A stretch of 64,000 nt of DNA from Marsupella aquatica (lineage: Eukaryota > Plantae > Marchantiophyta): positions 15,809,375 through 15,873,374 of the forward strand of contig OZ316897.1 in assembly GCA_973895155.1 (NCBI GenBank), given 5' to 3'. Both the position numbers and the translations under genes were made by a program. Positions 53,038 through 64,000 of the stretch are shown in pieces. How positions within the stretch are numbered: the stretch's first letter is position 1; each line of letters starts with the position of its first letter. Below the pieces are notes generated by a model that did not search any database, was not told where the DNA came from, and was given only the letters and a program-made list of their open reading frames with translations.

Positions 53038-55350
53038 TGTGACGCCGCCGGTACGGCGAGTAATGAGTGATTCGGCCTAACGATGCTTAGCATGCACGTT
53101 AGGGGTATCTTAGGCCATAATTATTAGCATAACGACAGTATTTAGGTAGCCATTATGAGTAGGAAATCATTAGTCAATAAGGGGCGTTCGTGTTCGGCCC
53201 GGCGGCAGGTCGCCATTCGCACGGCCGTGTTGCGAGCGTGTAATGGGCCCCTTCCTCGGGTCCGTATAACAAACTCAGGAAGGCAGCCACTGACACACGC
53301 TGACCCGGACCGGCGGATTGTCCTGTACACTGCAAGCATGAAAGGCTCGGCCTATAAGCGACGAGGAGGCGTCGGGCGACCGACGAGCTCTCAGGGGTAT
53401 AAAACGGGGGCCGATCCTTGGCAGGGCACCAGTTCTTCAGTTCACGCGCCAGCTTTGACCCCAGTTCTCTCACTTAGCCTTAGTCGCCGTCTATCTCCTC
53501 TGAATGTTGCACAGGATCCTGTCCAGTTCGGCCATACAATTGTGGACGCAGTTCCTGTCTATCGGAGGGCACTTGGCCGACTCATTAAAACACGCCAACC
53601 CGCGATGATACAAAATCGAACGCGAGTACGAGAGAGCCATCCGCCTAGCAGGACGACACCACTATCTCCTTAACTTTGATTACCTGTCCCAGAGCGAGCT
53701 TTACCGACCCAAAGAAATATCAGGGTACTTCTTCGACGGAGGCAAATACATTGGCTTCTGGGAGGCATTGCTTCAGCTTTCGGACAAGGTCTTCAATATC
53801 CCGGGCACGATCGACTTGCAGCGGCACCACTTCGACCACATCCCCGCTCGGGTCTGGGCTATCATCAACAGCAAGTTCAACACTACCCGGTCGACAGGGC
53901 CGTCTACACTTGCTTCGGAAAACCTCCACCGGCACCTACAGAACTTCATGGCAACTCTACCATCAACGACCAGTGTCGGCCAACCTGTGCCCATACCTGC
54001 ACCTACACCTCCTCGACCTCAGCCGAGCCGGTCCCCACCACCGGTCCCACCACCTCTCCGAGTACGATCCATGGTGAATGCGGTGAATATTAGCTCCGAA
54101 GACGAGGAGGCTCACCCTCCTCTGAATCGACGGCCGCGGGGTACGACTCAACAAGCGCCGAACAACCCAGCATCACTCCAGCAAGCCCAAGGGGATAACA
54201 CAGTAACTCTAGCAGCCCCGGCACCAATACTCACGGCAGTCGTGCTACCACCACCTGACCGAGAGGAAGGAGAGATGTCCCCTTCTTCTAGTCACCCTGG
54301 GAATCAGTCTCGGGGTAGGACGAGGAAGGAACTCGCAGCCGTATCCGGGTTGCCTTTGGCCACGGTTGCGGTAGCCAAGCTGACCATGCATCGCATGGGG
54401 GACAATGTTCACAAGAACATCCTCCACCCCAAGCATGCATGCTGTCTGAAGACCCTAGAATTTGAGCACCTCGCCTCTCTCCCTTGGAACAGAAGCAGGT
54501 ACTACGGGTAGGATATGACGGAGTTCATTCAGAACTTCGACGAGGCCCGTCAACAAACCCGAGTGCACGGGAGATTGATGTGTCTCAATGAGGCACATTT
54601 GAAGATGATTTTCGGCCTACCCGAGGGATAAACCGGGTAGAGTCGCGAGCTCCTGGGGGCAAGGGAGCTAAATACCAGTCTTCTAGCTTCCCGACTGAGG
54701 GAGCAGTGGACAACGGATTCTTAATGAGAACGTGCCTCATACCAGAAGTGGCAGAACGCTTGGAGTTCCAACGGTATGCCCTCCACATGATGGAACCCAG
54801 AGGCAAAATATCGGTCGTCCAGGTCATCCAGGTGGAGAACTATCGGCCCAGGAAGTGGGCGTCCTTCTTCATCAAGAAGTTCCACGAGGAGATGGAGCGG
54901 AGAAGAAAGACTTTGTACCTTGGCGGAAAGGCGTACTTTGCTAGCCACATCAAAATCATCATTGAGTGGTATGCTCGTCTTGACCGCCGCAGCCTCCCGC
55001 GTATCAACGAGCCCGAGCTGACCCCGTCAAAATGGGTGTTCCCAGCCCAGGTGAGGCGACCGCAGCCCGAGGCCCGAAGTCTGGCAGCTGCAAGCCCTGC
55101 TATCCCGGCCCCGCAACCCGCCGCTGCCGCCCCGCCAAGCATACCCATAGACGTTATCGTGACCTTAGACGCGATCAATCAAGACAGTGCAATCGAAGCC
55201 AGGCCGGATGAAGCCATACCAGAAATAGATGCCACGGTAGCCGAGGAGATTCCGCCACCCCCTGCAGTTGTGCAGGAGAACCGCCCACCTCCAATGGAAC
55301 CAGCCCCTTCAACCGACTTACCTCAAGGGCTACATGTGTCCACTCATTAA
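53038..55350 (+). mobile_element. Retroelement fragment interrupting the LINE; carries a degenerate ORF (~53609-55350) homologous to the gypsy accessory ORF
   Basis: Abrupt TGTGACG junction within the LINE RT, then GC-rich sequence with TATAAAA at about 53398. Translation EFIQNF...VHGRLMCLNEAHLKMIFGLP...VDNGF...ERLEFQRYALH...KWASFF, with a stop at 54509 and a frameshift near 54630. Confidence 0.6.
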
Positions 55351-55745
55351 TTGTTATGGAGCCACTTGAGAGATAACGAGAACTAACTTGCATTGTAGAG
55401 GCATCAATCTTATTATTTATTAAAAATGAATTATTATTCAATTTATGAACATTTGGACAATAGGAGGTGTACATTTGGGCAAACAACATTGGTGATGGCA
55501 TTTAGACATACCTAATTAGAGGCCTAAAAGTGACCAAAAATAAATACACTCTTAATGAACAGAGTGATAGACTCGGTATGGCTGATAGGTCTTGAGTGAT
55601 GTAAAGCTCTCATGTGCCCGCTCATGTGTTCCTGTGGACGTAGCCTCAGCAAAGGTGAACTATGTATTTCTCGTTATCAACTACTTGTGTGTTGGATCGA
55701 TGATCATGGGCTTGCCATTGCGAACGTTGTCTTTACTGATCAACA
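55350..55745 (+). mobile_element. Partial copia-family LTR
   Basis: ttgttat.gagccacttgagaga...gtaaagctctc...ggacgtagcctc...ggtgaac...caaca is shared with 26110-26311. Confidence 0.6.
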
Positions 55746-56339
55746 CAGGCAAGCCTCAACATATCTGAAGAGCCATTGTTTGCTAGAACATTAACTTGAA
55801 AGTCCTGTAGTTCTCACTTCATTGATCGAGCACCTCGTCAAGCACACCGGGTCCACCCTGAGTGCAGCTGTCATTAATACAAAAATCTTGGCATAATTAG
55901 GCTAGGAATTTACCTACCAAGGAAGTAGTGGGGTAGACACCAAGAAAGGATCCGGACAGAGAAGTCCACCACCGCTAAGCTAGCGGGCTGCTAAGACAAG
56001 GCTTACAATGACATGTGTTTAATTTGACTATGGGGCGCATGCAGGCGCTTTTGGGAAGTCCCCTTCTGCCCTTGGACCTCGCCTTGGATAAACTGCTAGG
56101 GCCCTCCGGTCCCACCCCACCCGCCATGAATGAAGTTTGTTCCACATGATGAGACTGATGCTTCAGTGCAGATTAGACCAATAGTAAAGTACTAAGTCTA
56201 TATATCACGCCGGACCTACCCAGGGACCTACTACTGAAGGGAACGTACCTTGCCGAAACTTGAGCACCGGCCACTCTAACTCATGGAGTATGCTACTCCC
56301 ACTGCAGTACACTGTCCACCACTATTGGTAAGTGTTAGT

Positions 56340-56860
56340 AACAATATACATAGCCCTTCAAATGTTACATCTCACATAAAATAGTGTGACTCACATTAAT
56401 TACGTCAGTCTAATTATTACAATTCACATGAAGTCACACATAATTTGGTGTCACTGATTGAGGTGTTAGCCTGGAATATTGCACACCGAGAATCAAGGCA
56501 TGAAACTGAGTCCCAAGAGCACTCTCAATACAAAGTAAAGTGTGTGACCTAAGATACTTAATTAGAGTGATTCAGGCTAGACAAAAATGTTCACACAATT
56601 TAGTGTGAGTCAGTCTAATTTTGGTGTCACACTAATTGTGTACCGGGCCCCTGACCAAAGAGGTTTGGTCACAAATTAAAGCTTAACTGTAATTTTGGTG
56701 TCACACTAATTATGTACCAGGCCCATGACCAAAGAGGTTTGGTCACAAAAGCAACCAAAGAGGTTACTTTGATCACAAACTTAAGTGTAATTTTGGTGTG
56801 TAATTTTGGTGTGACACTAATTATGTACTAAACGGGCGACCAAAGAGATTTGGTAACAAA
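56340..56860. repeat. Direct and inverted short repeats (AATTTTGGTGTCACACTAATT; GACCAAAGAGGTTTGGTCAC), TE-subterminal-like
   Basis: Direct inspection. Confidence 0.6.
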
Positions 56861-57088
56861 AGCTGAACTGTTGCAAGTGTTGCAAGTGCCTCTCTTGCTT
56901 AGTGTACACACTCTGACATGTTAACATATTTTGTAGAATCATATGCCCAGAATAGTATAGTGAGAGAATCATGTGCCGAATAGGATGCAAAGAATCATTA
57001 TGAGCAGAAAAAAGATTGGATTTGGAGGCATTTTGGGGCCCCCACCACGAAGCCAAACTGATCCGCAAGTTCAGCCAATAAGCACGCT

Positions 57089-57168
57089 ATCTACGATGTA
57101 CAGTGTAGATCTACGATGTACAGTGTAGATCTACGATGTACAGTGTAGATCTACGATGTACAGTGTAG
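57089..57168. repeat. Four perfect 20-bp tandem repeats (ATCTACGATGTACAGTGTAG)
   Basis: Exact copies at 57089, 57109, 57129 and 57149. Confidence 0.95.
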
Positions 57169-57419
57169 TTATATGGCTTGTTTGGGAGTTCTTTGTCTTG
57201 GAAGGCTTTGTGTCTTTCCTGGTGCCCGCTCCCATGGTGGTTGGTTTGGCACTTCTCACCTTCGGTCCCCTCGGTCCCCCTGTTGCTGCGCTTCGGGCCA
57301 CCTGTTTGTATCGTTCAAGGCAAAAACTACTTTCGTCAAGCCTACGCGCTCTGATTCTACTTCTTATTTTCGTTGTTCATTGTCACTGAATCAGCTTCGA
57401 AAATGAATTAGCTTCAACA

Positions 57420-59420
57420 ATGAACTGTTGCACGGTACGTGCTAAGGAGCACTGGTTTGCTCCTTTGTCGACTCGTCGTCATCCTCGCCGACCTCCTCGA
57501 CCTTCAATTTTCTGTACGAAGCTTGCTGATCGTTCTCGAACAGCTAGAGTGAGGCTGCTGTCCCGATTTCAAGGAATGGGAGCTGTCGAGGAAACGCGTT
57601 TTAGCAAAAACATGATGTCTACACCGGTAACTGCAACTTTACCCAAAGATCTCAAGGTTCTGCTGCTCAGCGACGCCAACAATTGTATGACGCAAAAGAC
57701 TTGGCTGGAGTTGACAGAACTCGGCATCGAAGTCTACACGCACTTCTACACCAATGCCAACGCCATGATCCTTGCAGTCCACGCCATAAAGCCCGACCTG
57801 ATTGTTTGCCCATTTCTGACAAAGCGCATCCCGGCTGAAATCTACAAGAACAAGGCTGTCCCGTGCCTGATAGTTCACCCTGGACCAGAAGGCGATCGGG
57901 GAATGTCGTCCCTCGACTGGGCGGTGATGAATGGCGAGCAGTCGTGGGGAGTCACACTTCTGCAGGCAGAGGAAGACATGGACGCCGGTGCGATCTGGAG
58001 CACTCACAACTTCGCCATCGACAAAATTGATCTTCCGACCAAGTCCGGTCTGTATCGGAGGGACTGTATTGAAGCAGCCATGAAAGGACTTCACGATGTC
58101 TTGGCCATGGTCGCCGGGGGCAATCCCCAACCGCGTCAGCTCGATTACACAAATCCTAACGTCAAAGGGCGGTTGCAGCCACGTATGCTGCAGGCCGATC
58201 GAGAAATCGACTGGACTTTGCCTGCAGCTGATATCGCCCAAATCGTTCGAGCAGCTGACTCCCAGCCCGGGGTTCTGGACTCCATTTGCGGCAATAAATA
58301 CCTTCTCTTCGGAGCTCACGTTGAGGCCAATCCACCCATGACTGGATCTTCACCGTCTTCGTCACCAACCAAGTCTCTGCTGGCCAAACGGCACGGCGCG
58401 GTCCTCATCTCTTGCGGCACAAATGGGCAAGAAGCGCTGTGGATTACTCATCTCAGAAAGCCCAACGCGGGTGAACGTCGCCACATCAAGCTCCCGGCTA
58501 CAGCAGTTCTGCCATCCAAGGTAGTGGAGTACCTGCCGGAATTGCCCGAGCCAAGTTTACTGTTGCCTTTTGGCAAACTGCCCAAGACATTTCAGGAAAT
58601 CTTCGTATGGGAGAAGAGCAAAGTCTGCTACCTGTGGTTCGATTTCTACAACGGTGCTATGAACACGGAGCAGTGCGCTCGTCTTGCCGTCACTTTGGAG
58701 AGCATCAAAAAGTCGACCAGAGCACATGTCTTGGTGCTAATGGGAGGAAGAAACTTCTTCAGCAATGGGATCAATCTCAATTCAATTGAAGCAGCTCCTG
58801 ATGCTTTCGAGGAGTCGTGGCAGAACATCAACAGCATGAATGATTTCGTAAAGGAGGTGCTGACGGCCTCTGACTTCCTGACCGTTTCTGTGTTCGGTGG
58901 AAATGCTGGGGCCGGTGGGGTAATGGCAGCTCTCGCCGCTGACGAGGTATGGACGACTGGAAACACCATCCTCAACCCCCACTACAAATCTATGGGGCTC
59001 TACGGGTCGGAGTATTGGACATACACCTTGCCGAAGAGAGTGGGTTCCAAAAAGGCTGCGGAGCTGACCGGAAACTCTATTCCCATCTCGGGAACCACCG
59101 CTCTTCAGATCGGCCTGGTCGATCTTGTCTACAAGGGCCGCTCCGGACCCAGTCATTTCCAAAAGTGGGTTGTTGAGCGCGCAGAAGCAATTGCGAATGA
59201 CCCTACAGTGCGGCAAAAAATCATTGAAAAGAAAACTAAATTCGACAACGAAGTTTTCAGAAGTAAAATACAGGAATGTCGTGATTTTGAGCTGAAACAA
59301 ATGCAAAAAAGTTTTGCAAGTCAGGAATACAACACCAATCGGCATGCGTTTGTCTTCAAAATCAGCACGGGCACCTCATGCCTCCCAAGTCGCTGTATTG
59401 TAGAAAAACAGACACGGTAA
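57420..59420 (+). CDS. hypX: HypX/HoxX-family protein (N10-formyl-THF formyltransferase plus enoyl-CoA hydratase/isomerase domain) with N-terminal extension, intronless
   Basis: KVLLLSDANNCMTQKTWLEL...PDLIVCPFL..RIP...LIVHPGPEGDRGMSSLDW...WGVTLLQAEEDMDAGAIWS, then FDFYNGAM..EQC.RL...FSNGINLN.IEAA...GNAGAGG...LNPHYKSMGLYGSEYWTYTLPKRVG. These are the characteristic HypX motifs, in an uninterrupted 666-aa ORF. Confidence 0.93.
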   Translation: MNCCTVRAKEHWFAPLSTRRHPRRPPRPSIFCTKLADRSRTARVRLLSRFQGMGAVEETRFSKNMMSTPVTATLPKDLKVLLLSDANNCMTQKTWLELTELGIEVYTHFYTNANAMILAVHAIKPDLIVCPFLTKRIPAEIYKNKAVPCLIVHPGPEGDRGMSSLDWAVMNGEQSWGVTLLQAEEDMDAGAIWSTHNFAIDKIDLPTKSGLYRRDCIEAAMKGLHDVLAMVAGGNPQPRQLDYTNPNVKGRLQPRMLQADREIDWTLPAADIAQIVRAADSQPGVLDSICGNKYLLFGAHVEANPPMTGSSPSSSPTKSLLAKRHGAVLISCGTNGQEALWITHLRKPNAGERRHIKLPATAVLPSKVVEYLPELPEPSLLLPFGKLPKTFQEIFVWEKSKVCYLWFDFYNGAMNTEQCARLAVTLESIKKSTRAHVLVLMGGRNFFSNGINLNSIEAAPDAFEESWQNINSMNDFVKEVLTASDFLTVSVFGGNAGAGGVMAALAADEVWTTGNTILNPHYKSMGLYGSEYWTYTLPKRVGSKKAAELTGNSIPISGTTALQIGLVDLVYKGRSGPSHFQKWVVERAEAIANDPTVRQKIIEKKTKFDNEVFRSKIQECRDFELKQMQKSFASQEYNTNRHAFVFKISTGTSCLPSRCIVEKQTR

Positions 59421-59724
59421 TCGAGCCATGCATTATTAATTAGGAGCTTCTGAATCTTCAGTATGTAATTTGTCCGACACAAAATGGCCCTATTTATTTT
59501 CATTGAAGATCTTGGGCTGCTTTGTTGGCTGGAAAGTACGTAGAGAAGGTGGAAAAGGGTTTGATCCTTGGGTAGCGAGCCAGTAATGGAGCCTTTTCCA
59601 TGTGTTTCAAAATTTTCTACAGCATTCACCATTGAAATGCAAAGGCGGACGAATGGGAATTATTTTGCCTATCAAGTCTGCGATTGTACCTTTTGGCTAT
59701 ATACTATGAATGGCGGCGCTTTGA

Positions 59725-59768
59725 ATCTGCTGTAGACAAACTTTGATCAGACTTTGTCTACAGCAGAT
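59725..59768. repeat. Perfect 16-bp inverted repeat
   Basis: ATCTGCTGTAGACAAA-12 nt-TTTGTCTACAGCAGAT. Confidence 0.9.
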
Positions 59769-60789
59769 GTCTAGAATCGTAAAAGTCATCACTAAGATCG
59801 GCTATAAATGCTAGGTTCCTCTTCACTACCGTCTGTACAACGCTAGGTTCCCAAGCTCTGATTTTGGACAAATCATGACGAGTATTCTTTGTTTGGAATA
59901 TAAAACTGTGAATCAAAATCGTTCGACATATTTTAGCTCACACTAGATGACGCACTCCAAATGTCGTCAATTTCACATGGATTGGATCTGCAGCGAGTTC
60001 AAGCTTTGATACAACTGTCAATGATGCCCGCAATGATAAGGCATTTGAAATTCAACCAGGGCTGAGATCTGGTCTTTACCACTTTTCTGTTTGCTGACCT
60101 CGAGGTCTGCATAACAATCTCAGACTTTGGTCGTGTTTTCTTTTTAGACTGCTTGTCCTATGACTGTTTTGGGTAGCTGTGGTCAATCCCGCTCTGGACA
60201 TTTGATTCATTCATAAACAAAACTTAGGCCGGCGTCAAGCAATGTGTGCCACTTTGGTCTAAGATATACTTCAGTTCGGCCTTATACTTCAGTTCTTTCC
60301 CTCAAATAGTTTTGGTTACTGTGAATGATTTACCACTTGCTCGTTATCACTCGGAGTAACAATTAAATAATGTGCAGTGCAGATTTTCCTCTACTGTAGG
60401 CCGTGAGACATAGCCAGCCCTGGACGTAGTCTGAAAAACATGTTATGGTTGCATTCCAGACATGGCCAAGAGGATTCCGCAAATAGTCGAGCAAGGCAAA
60501 ACGATTGAGCCTACGAGCCCGCATGTGAGTGCCCCTACATTTTCCGGCCCTCAACCTACGCACTGCAGCATTTAAGTGAGCGTGAGATGGATGCTTGAAC
60601 CCACTTCCCTGCCAGGCTTTGCAGCACAGGATGTGGACTTCCAAGGGCAAGGGCCCTAAATTTTTCTGCCCTTTTGAGGTCCAGACCTTTGATTTCTCAA
60701 TACCAAAGCAGTCAAATCTGATGTTCCTGTCAAACTCAATCACCAGGTGTGTCAAATGCTCTGCTTATTTTAATAGTAAAATACAGATT

Positions 60790-61190
60790 TTATGAAACCA
60801 TACTCGTCCGAAATCACCTTAAATGTGTCTTTGTCTTCAAGTATGAAAATACACACGTCAGAAAGGGAATCTTGTGGGGCATGAGAAACTTTTTGTATTT
60901 TTGCAACCTCAAATGTGTCTTTTTCTTCAAGTATAAAAATCACTATGAAACGATACTCATCTGAAATCCCTTAGATGTGTCTTTTCTTCAAGTGTGAAAA
61001 ATACACACGTCAGAAGTAGAATCTTGTGGGCCATGATAAACTTTTTGGATTTTTGCAACCTCAAATGTGTTTTTTCCTTCAAGTATAAAAATCACCAGTC
61101 CTCAAATGTGTCTTTTTCTTCAAGTATGAAAATACACACGTTAGAAAGAGAATCTTGTAGGGCATGCGAGACTTTTTGGATTTTTGTATA
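60790..61190. repeat. Tandem subterminal-like repeats (aaatgtgtctttttcttcaagtatgaaaatacacacgtcagaaag...)
   Basis: About three copies of a 130-150-bp unit downstream of the DUF7869-type ORF. Confidence 0.75.
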
Positions 61191-62187
61191 GAGTATGAGT
61201 ATGAGACTCTAGAAGGAAGGAAAATGGGTTAATTTTTGCTTTTCACTCCCTCCTTTGTCCTTCTCTGTATGTAATTGTGCAATTTTCTGTTTATTTAATG
61301 GTGCCAAGGTAAGAAAAGGAGGGAGGAATGGAATGGCAACGGAGTGAAGAAATAGGAAAAAGGGAGAGAGAAAGTGTTTAAATGTTCCCCTCCCAATAGT
61401 ATTGTGCAACTGCAATTTGTTTTACTTTTTGTAGAAAAATGGTCCCAATTTTTGTTATTCCATCTAAACCTCCAATTACATTCATTCTGAAAACTTTCAA
61501 AGAATGTATCTTTAATGAAAGCTAATAAGATCAGGCTCCTAACAGTTTTTCCTCCACAAGATCTGTCTTGCTTGACATGCCCCCTCATCCCTATTATCAC
61601 TATATTCATTAAAACTGAAATTATAAAGGATATAGGGAAATTTGGCAATTTAAAAACAGAGTTTTAGGCATGAAAATTGTAAATTTGGAAGATGAAAAAT
61701 GAAAATTCAAGCATCATTAAATGTAAATTTGGGGACAAAAAAATGAAATTTTGGGAAAGTAAAATATTAAATTGGATGATATTAAAAAACATTTGGGTGA
61801 TAAAAGTGTTCATTTGGTTGGAAAATAGATAGAATCTAGTAATAGCATATAAGCTTGGATAGCATCTATATTCAAAACATTTAGCTTGAGTAAGATATCT
61901 AACTAAGCACCAATACAATGGAATGACTATACTGTCTAGACAAAGTTAACTAGGATGATATCCAACCTACTAGAAGGAATGAAATGGCATCATTTTCTAG
62001 AATTAAAATATACTAAGACAAATAAAATAATAATTATAAGAAAGTCCATTCAATAACTTTGAGAGATCATAGAGTATTAATTTGATTGTCTTGTTCTCTC
62101 ACTTTAGACAAACGCATGGAAATCAACTCGACCCTCTTAATCACAAGTCATTTGAGTGGAGACTTGTAACCTACGAGTTCTATCAAT

Positions 62188-64000
62188 CTACTCATCAATT
62201 ATACCTTCCATGTAAATTTTGAGAGTTTTCAAAACATTCTTAGGAATTGTCAAACTTCTATCCATAATATTTTGTTCTTTAGCACCTGACTTAAACCCAT
62301 ACATTGCAGAATTTGCAAACTGCCAACTTTGAGTAACATTGTCAAACCCAGGATCCAGCTCCCAAGTCTTAGTGGTTTGAAAGCAACGTTCATATCGAAC
62401 ATCATCCTTTGCATCATGCATACCATGTTTAGGCCTCCACCATTGTACTTGGAACATAGGAGCATTCCTAAGAGGAATGCTCTCAACAGAGGTTGAAGAA
62501 GACCCTTCAATATGTTGCAAGTCTGTTGAGGGAACCTCATGGTTTGGATCCACACCACCCAAAGCTCGAACCAACCAGAAACGCCCTTTGCCATTTTCCT
62601 GTTCCCATTCATCCTCTGGACGTAAAAATACAAAGTGACCTTCTTGAATATCTTGTAGAGGAATCCAACGTGCAGGTTCTCGCTCTTGTCGTGCACCAAC
62701 AAAGGGTGCAGCTTGATCTTCCATCTCTTCCATGTACTCATTTTGAAGGTCCATCATCTCTGGATTTTGAGAAGGTTCACTTGACGGCTGAGATGTCCCC
62801 AAAATCATCTTGTAACCTGTGCCATGGTTAGTCTTTGGCCAAAAATCAGTTGTCAATGGCAAATGTCTTTCCCCCTCCCCTTCTATTGTAAGTTCCTCGG
62901 ACAGTGCTTGCACAAGATTTGACCAGAGGAAATCTCTCTTTATATGCTCCAGAGTTCTCATCCTTACAACTTTTCTTCAAGAAATCAATATAGCGATTAA
63001 GGAATGGGATGATTTCTCCAGCCTTCTTTTGTACATCCCAGATATAGGTTTTGCAAATGGTTGGCCTTCCGGTAAAATGAGCGCATTTGTGATGGGATCA
63101 GTTCTCCAAATGGACCTCCCCATTGCCGGAAGCCAAGGTTGCTTGACATGTGCTTTATATTGATACACTGGCACATTATCCCTTATAGAGAAAAGAAATG
63201 CCACTGGTTTTGAGTGACCTTCTATCTCTTTCACCTGGAAAGTTTTCAAATACTCCTTGTAAGATGCAACCTCTTGAATCAATCGTGGTACAGGATGAAT
63301 GCTTTCACACTCCCAAACCTCAGCCATCAACCCCAAGAGGGTAGCAACCTCTTTGTATCTGACCTGTTTGGATACTTGAGAAAATAATGCATCCACGTCT
63401 TCATGGGTGTGGCCAACCATGAGGAATGACATTTGCACAGTTTCAAACACCCCCCTGCTAACAAGCTCAGTGCAAAATGCCATCACATATTGATTTTTGT
63501 TATCTTTCCCTGAATTGTCCATCTGCAACGTTAGGTGCCTTGGTAAGGGCTTGAAAGAGCCCCTAGTAGTCTCAGGATCATCCTTAGAACCAACATCCAC
63601 TGTGCTTGACTTTTTAGTCTCCTGGCCATCTTCAATGCCTTGAAATCAAACAATTGAAACATTTTTGGGTTCCAAGTAACCGGCCAGAAATGCTTCAAAG
63701 TCTAGAAGGGACTGAAATATTGGCCTAGTTGCATTCCAATTCAATCCCTCAAGAAGGTCTCCAGTTTTGTCTCCTGTGTAATCTTCCAAATCTCGGAGGC
63801 ATTTGGCCAAAGATGTCACGGTAAAGTCTGCATCTCCAGGCCAAAGTCCAGTCAAACTGAAATGTGCATACACTCCAGGATCTCTTCCATGGGTTAACAT
63901 CCCAGTAAGAGCAATAGGCAAAGGCTGACCACTACCAGAGAGGGATTTTGGAGTGGGGACCAACCTGGGGATCCAAGTCTTGGCTTGATCCATCTTATCG
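62188..64000 (-). mobile_element. Frameshifted putative transposase (DUF7869-type), extends beyond the window
   Basis: MDQAKT.IP; LTLQMDNSGKDNKNQYVMAF...LVSRGVF..V..SFLMVGHTHEDVDALFS, the hallmark of this TE-associated family. Three consecutive ORFs in shifted frames. Confidence 0.7.

Noticed and set aside
57089-57168. CRISPR-like array
   Set aside because: The repeats are contiguous with no unique spacers, there are no cas genes, and the context is eukaryotic.
57639-59345. Antisense ORFs overlapping hypX
   Set aside because: Shadow ORFs of a GC-rich coding strand, with no recognisable motifs.
57420-59420. Bacterial hydrogenase operon or bacterial contig
   Set aside because: No neighbouring hyp/hox genes or operon structure; the flanks are plant-type TE and repeat DNA. 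Contamination cannot be fully excluded without reads.

Overview
Eukaryotic, repeat-rich nuclear DNA. The GT34, F-box/Kelch, RBX1-like and transposon content points to a land plant, most plausibly a bryophyte (inference). The main element is a complete 13.4-kb Ty3/gypsy LTR retrotransposon (28341-41714, minus strand) with 1866-bp TG...CA LTRs, a GTTAT target duplication, an Arg-type PBS and a PPT. It has four unusual properties: (i) an intact RPA70-C-like OB-fold ORF inside each LTR's U3; (ii) gag-pol continuing in frame into a long accessory region; (iii) a coding region broken by 12 stops and a frameshift despite almost identical LTRs; (iv) LTR differences concentrated at the U5 end. Other mobile DNA includes a decayed Ty1/copia, copia LTRs, a LINE fragment, two MITEs, a CACTA end with satellite-like repeats, a second element carrying the same accessory domain, and a DUF7869-type putative transposase. 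Host-type genes are an intact, intronless HypX/HoxX homolog (CO-forming hydrogenase maturation enzyme family) with a transit-peptide-like N-extension (57420-59420), a divergent intronless RBX1 paralog, a spliced SAM-domain gene, and F-box/Kelch and GT34 pseudogenes. All family calls are by motif recognition; no database searches were run.
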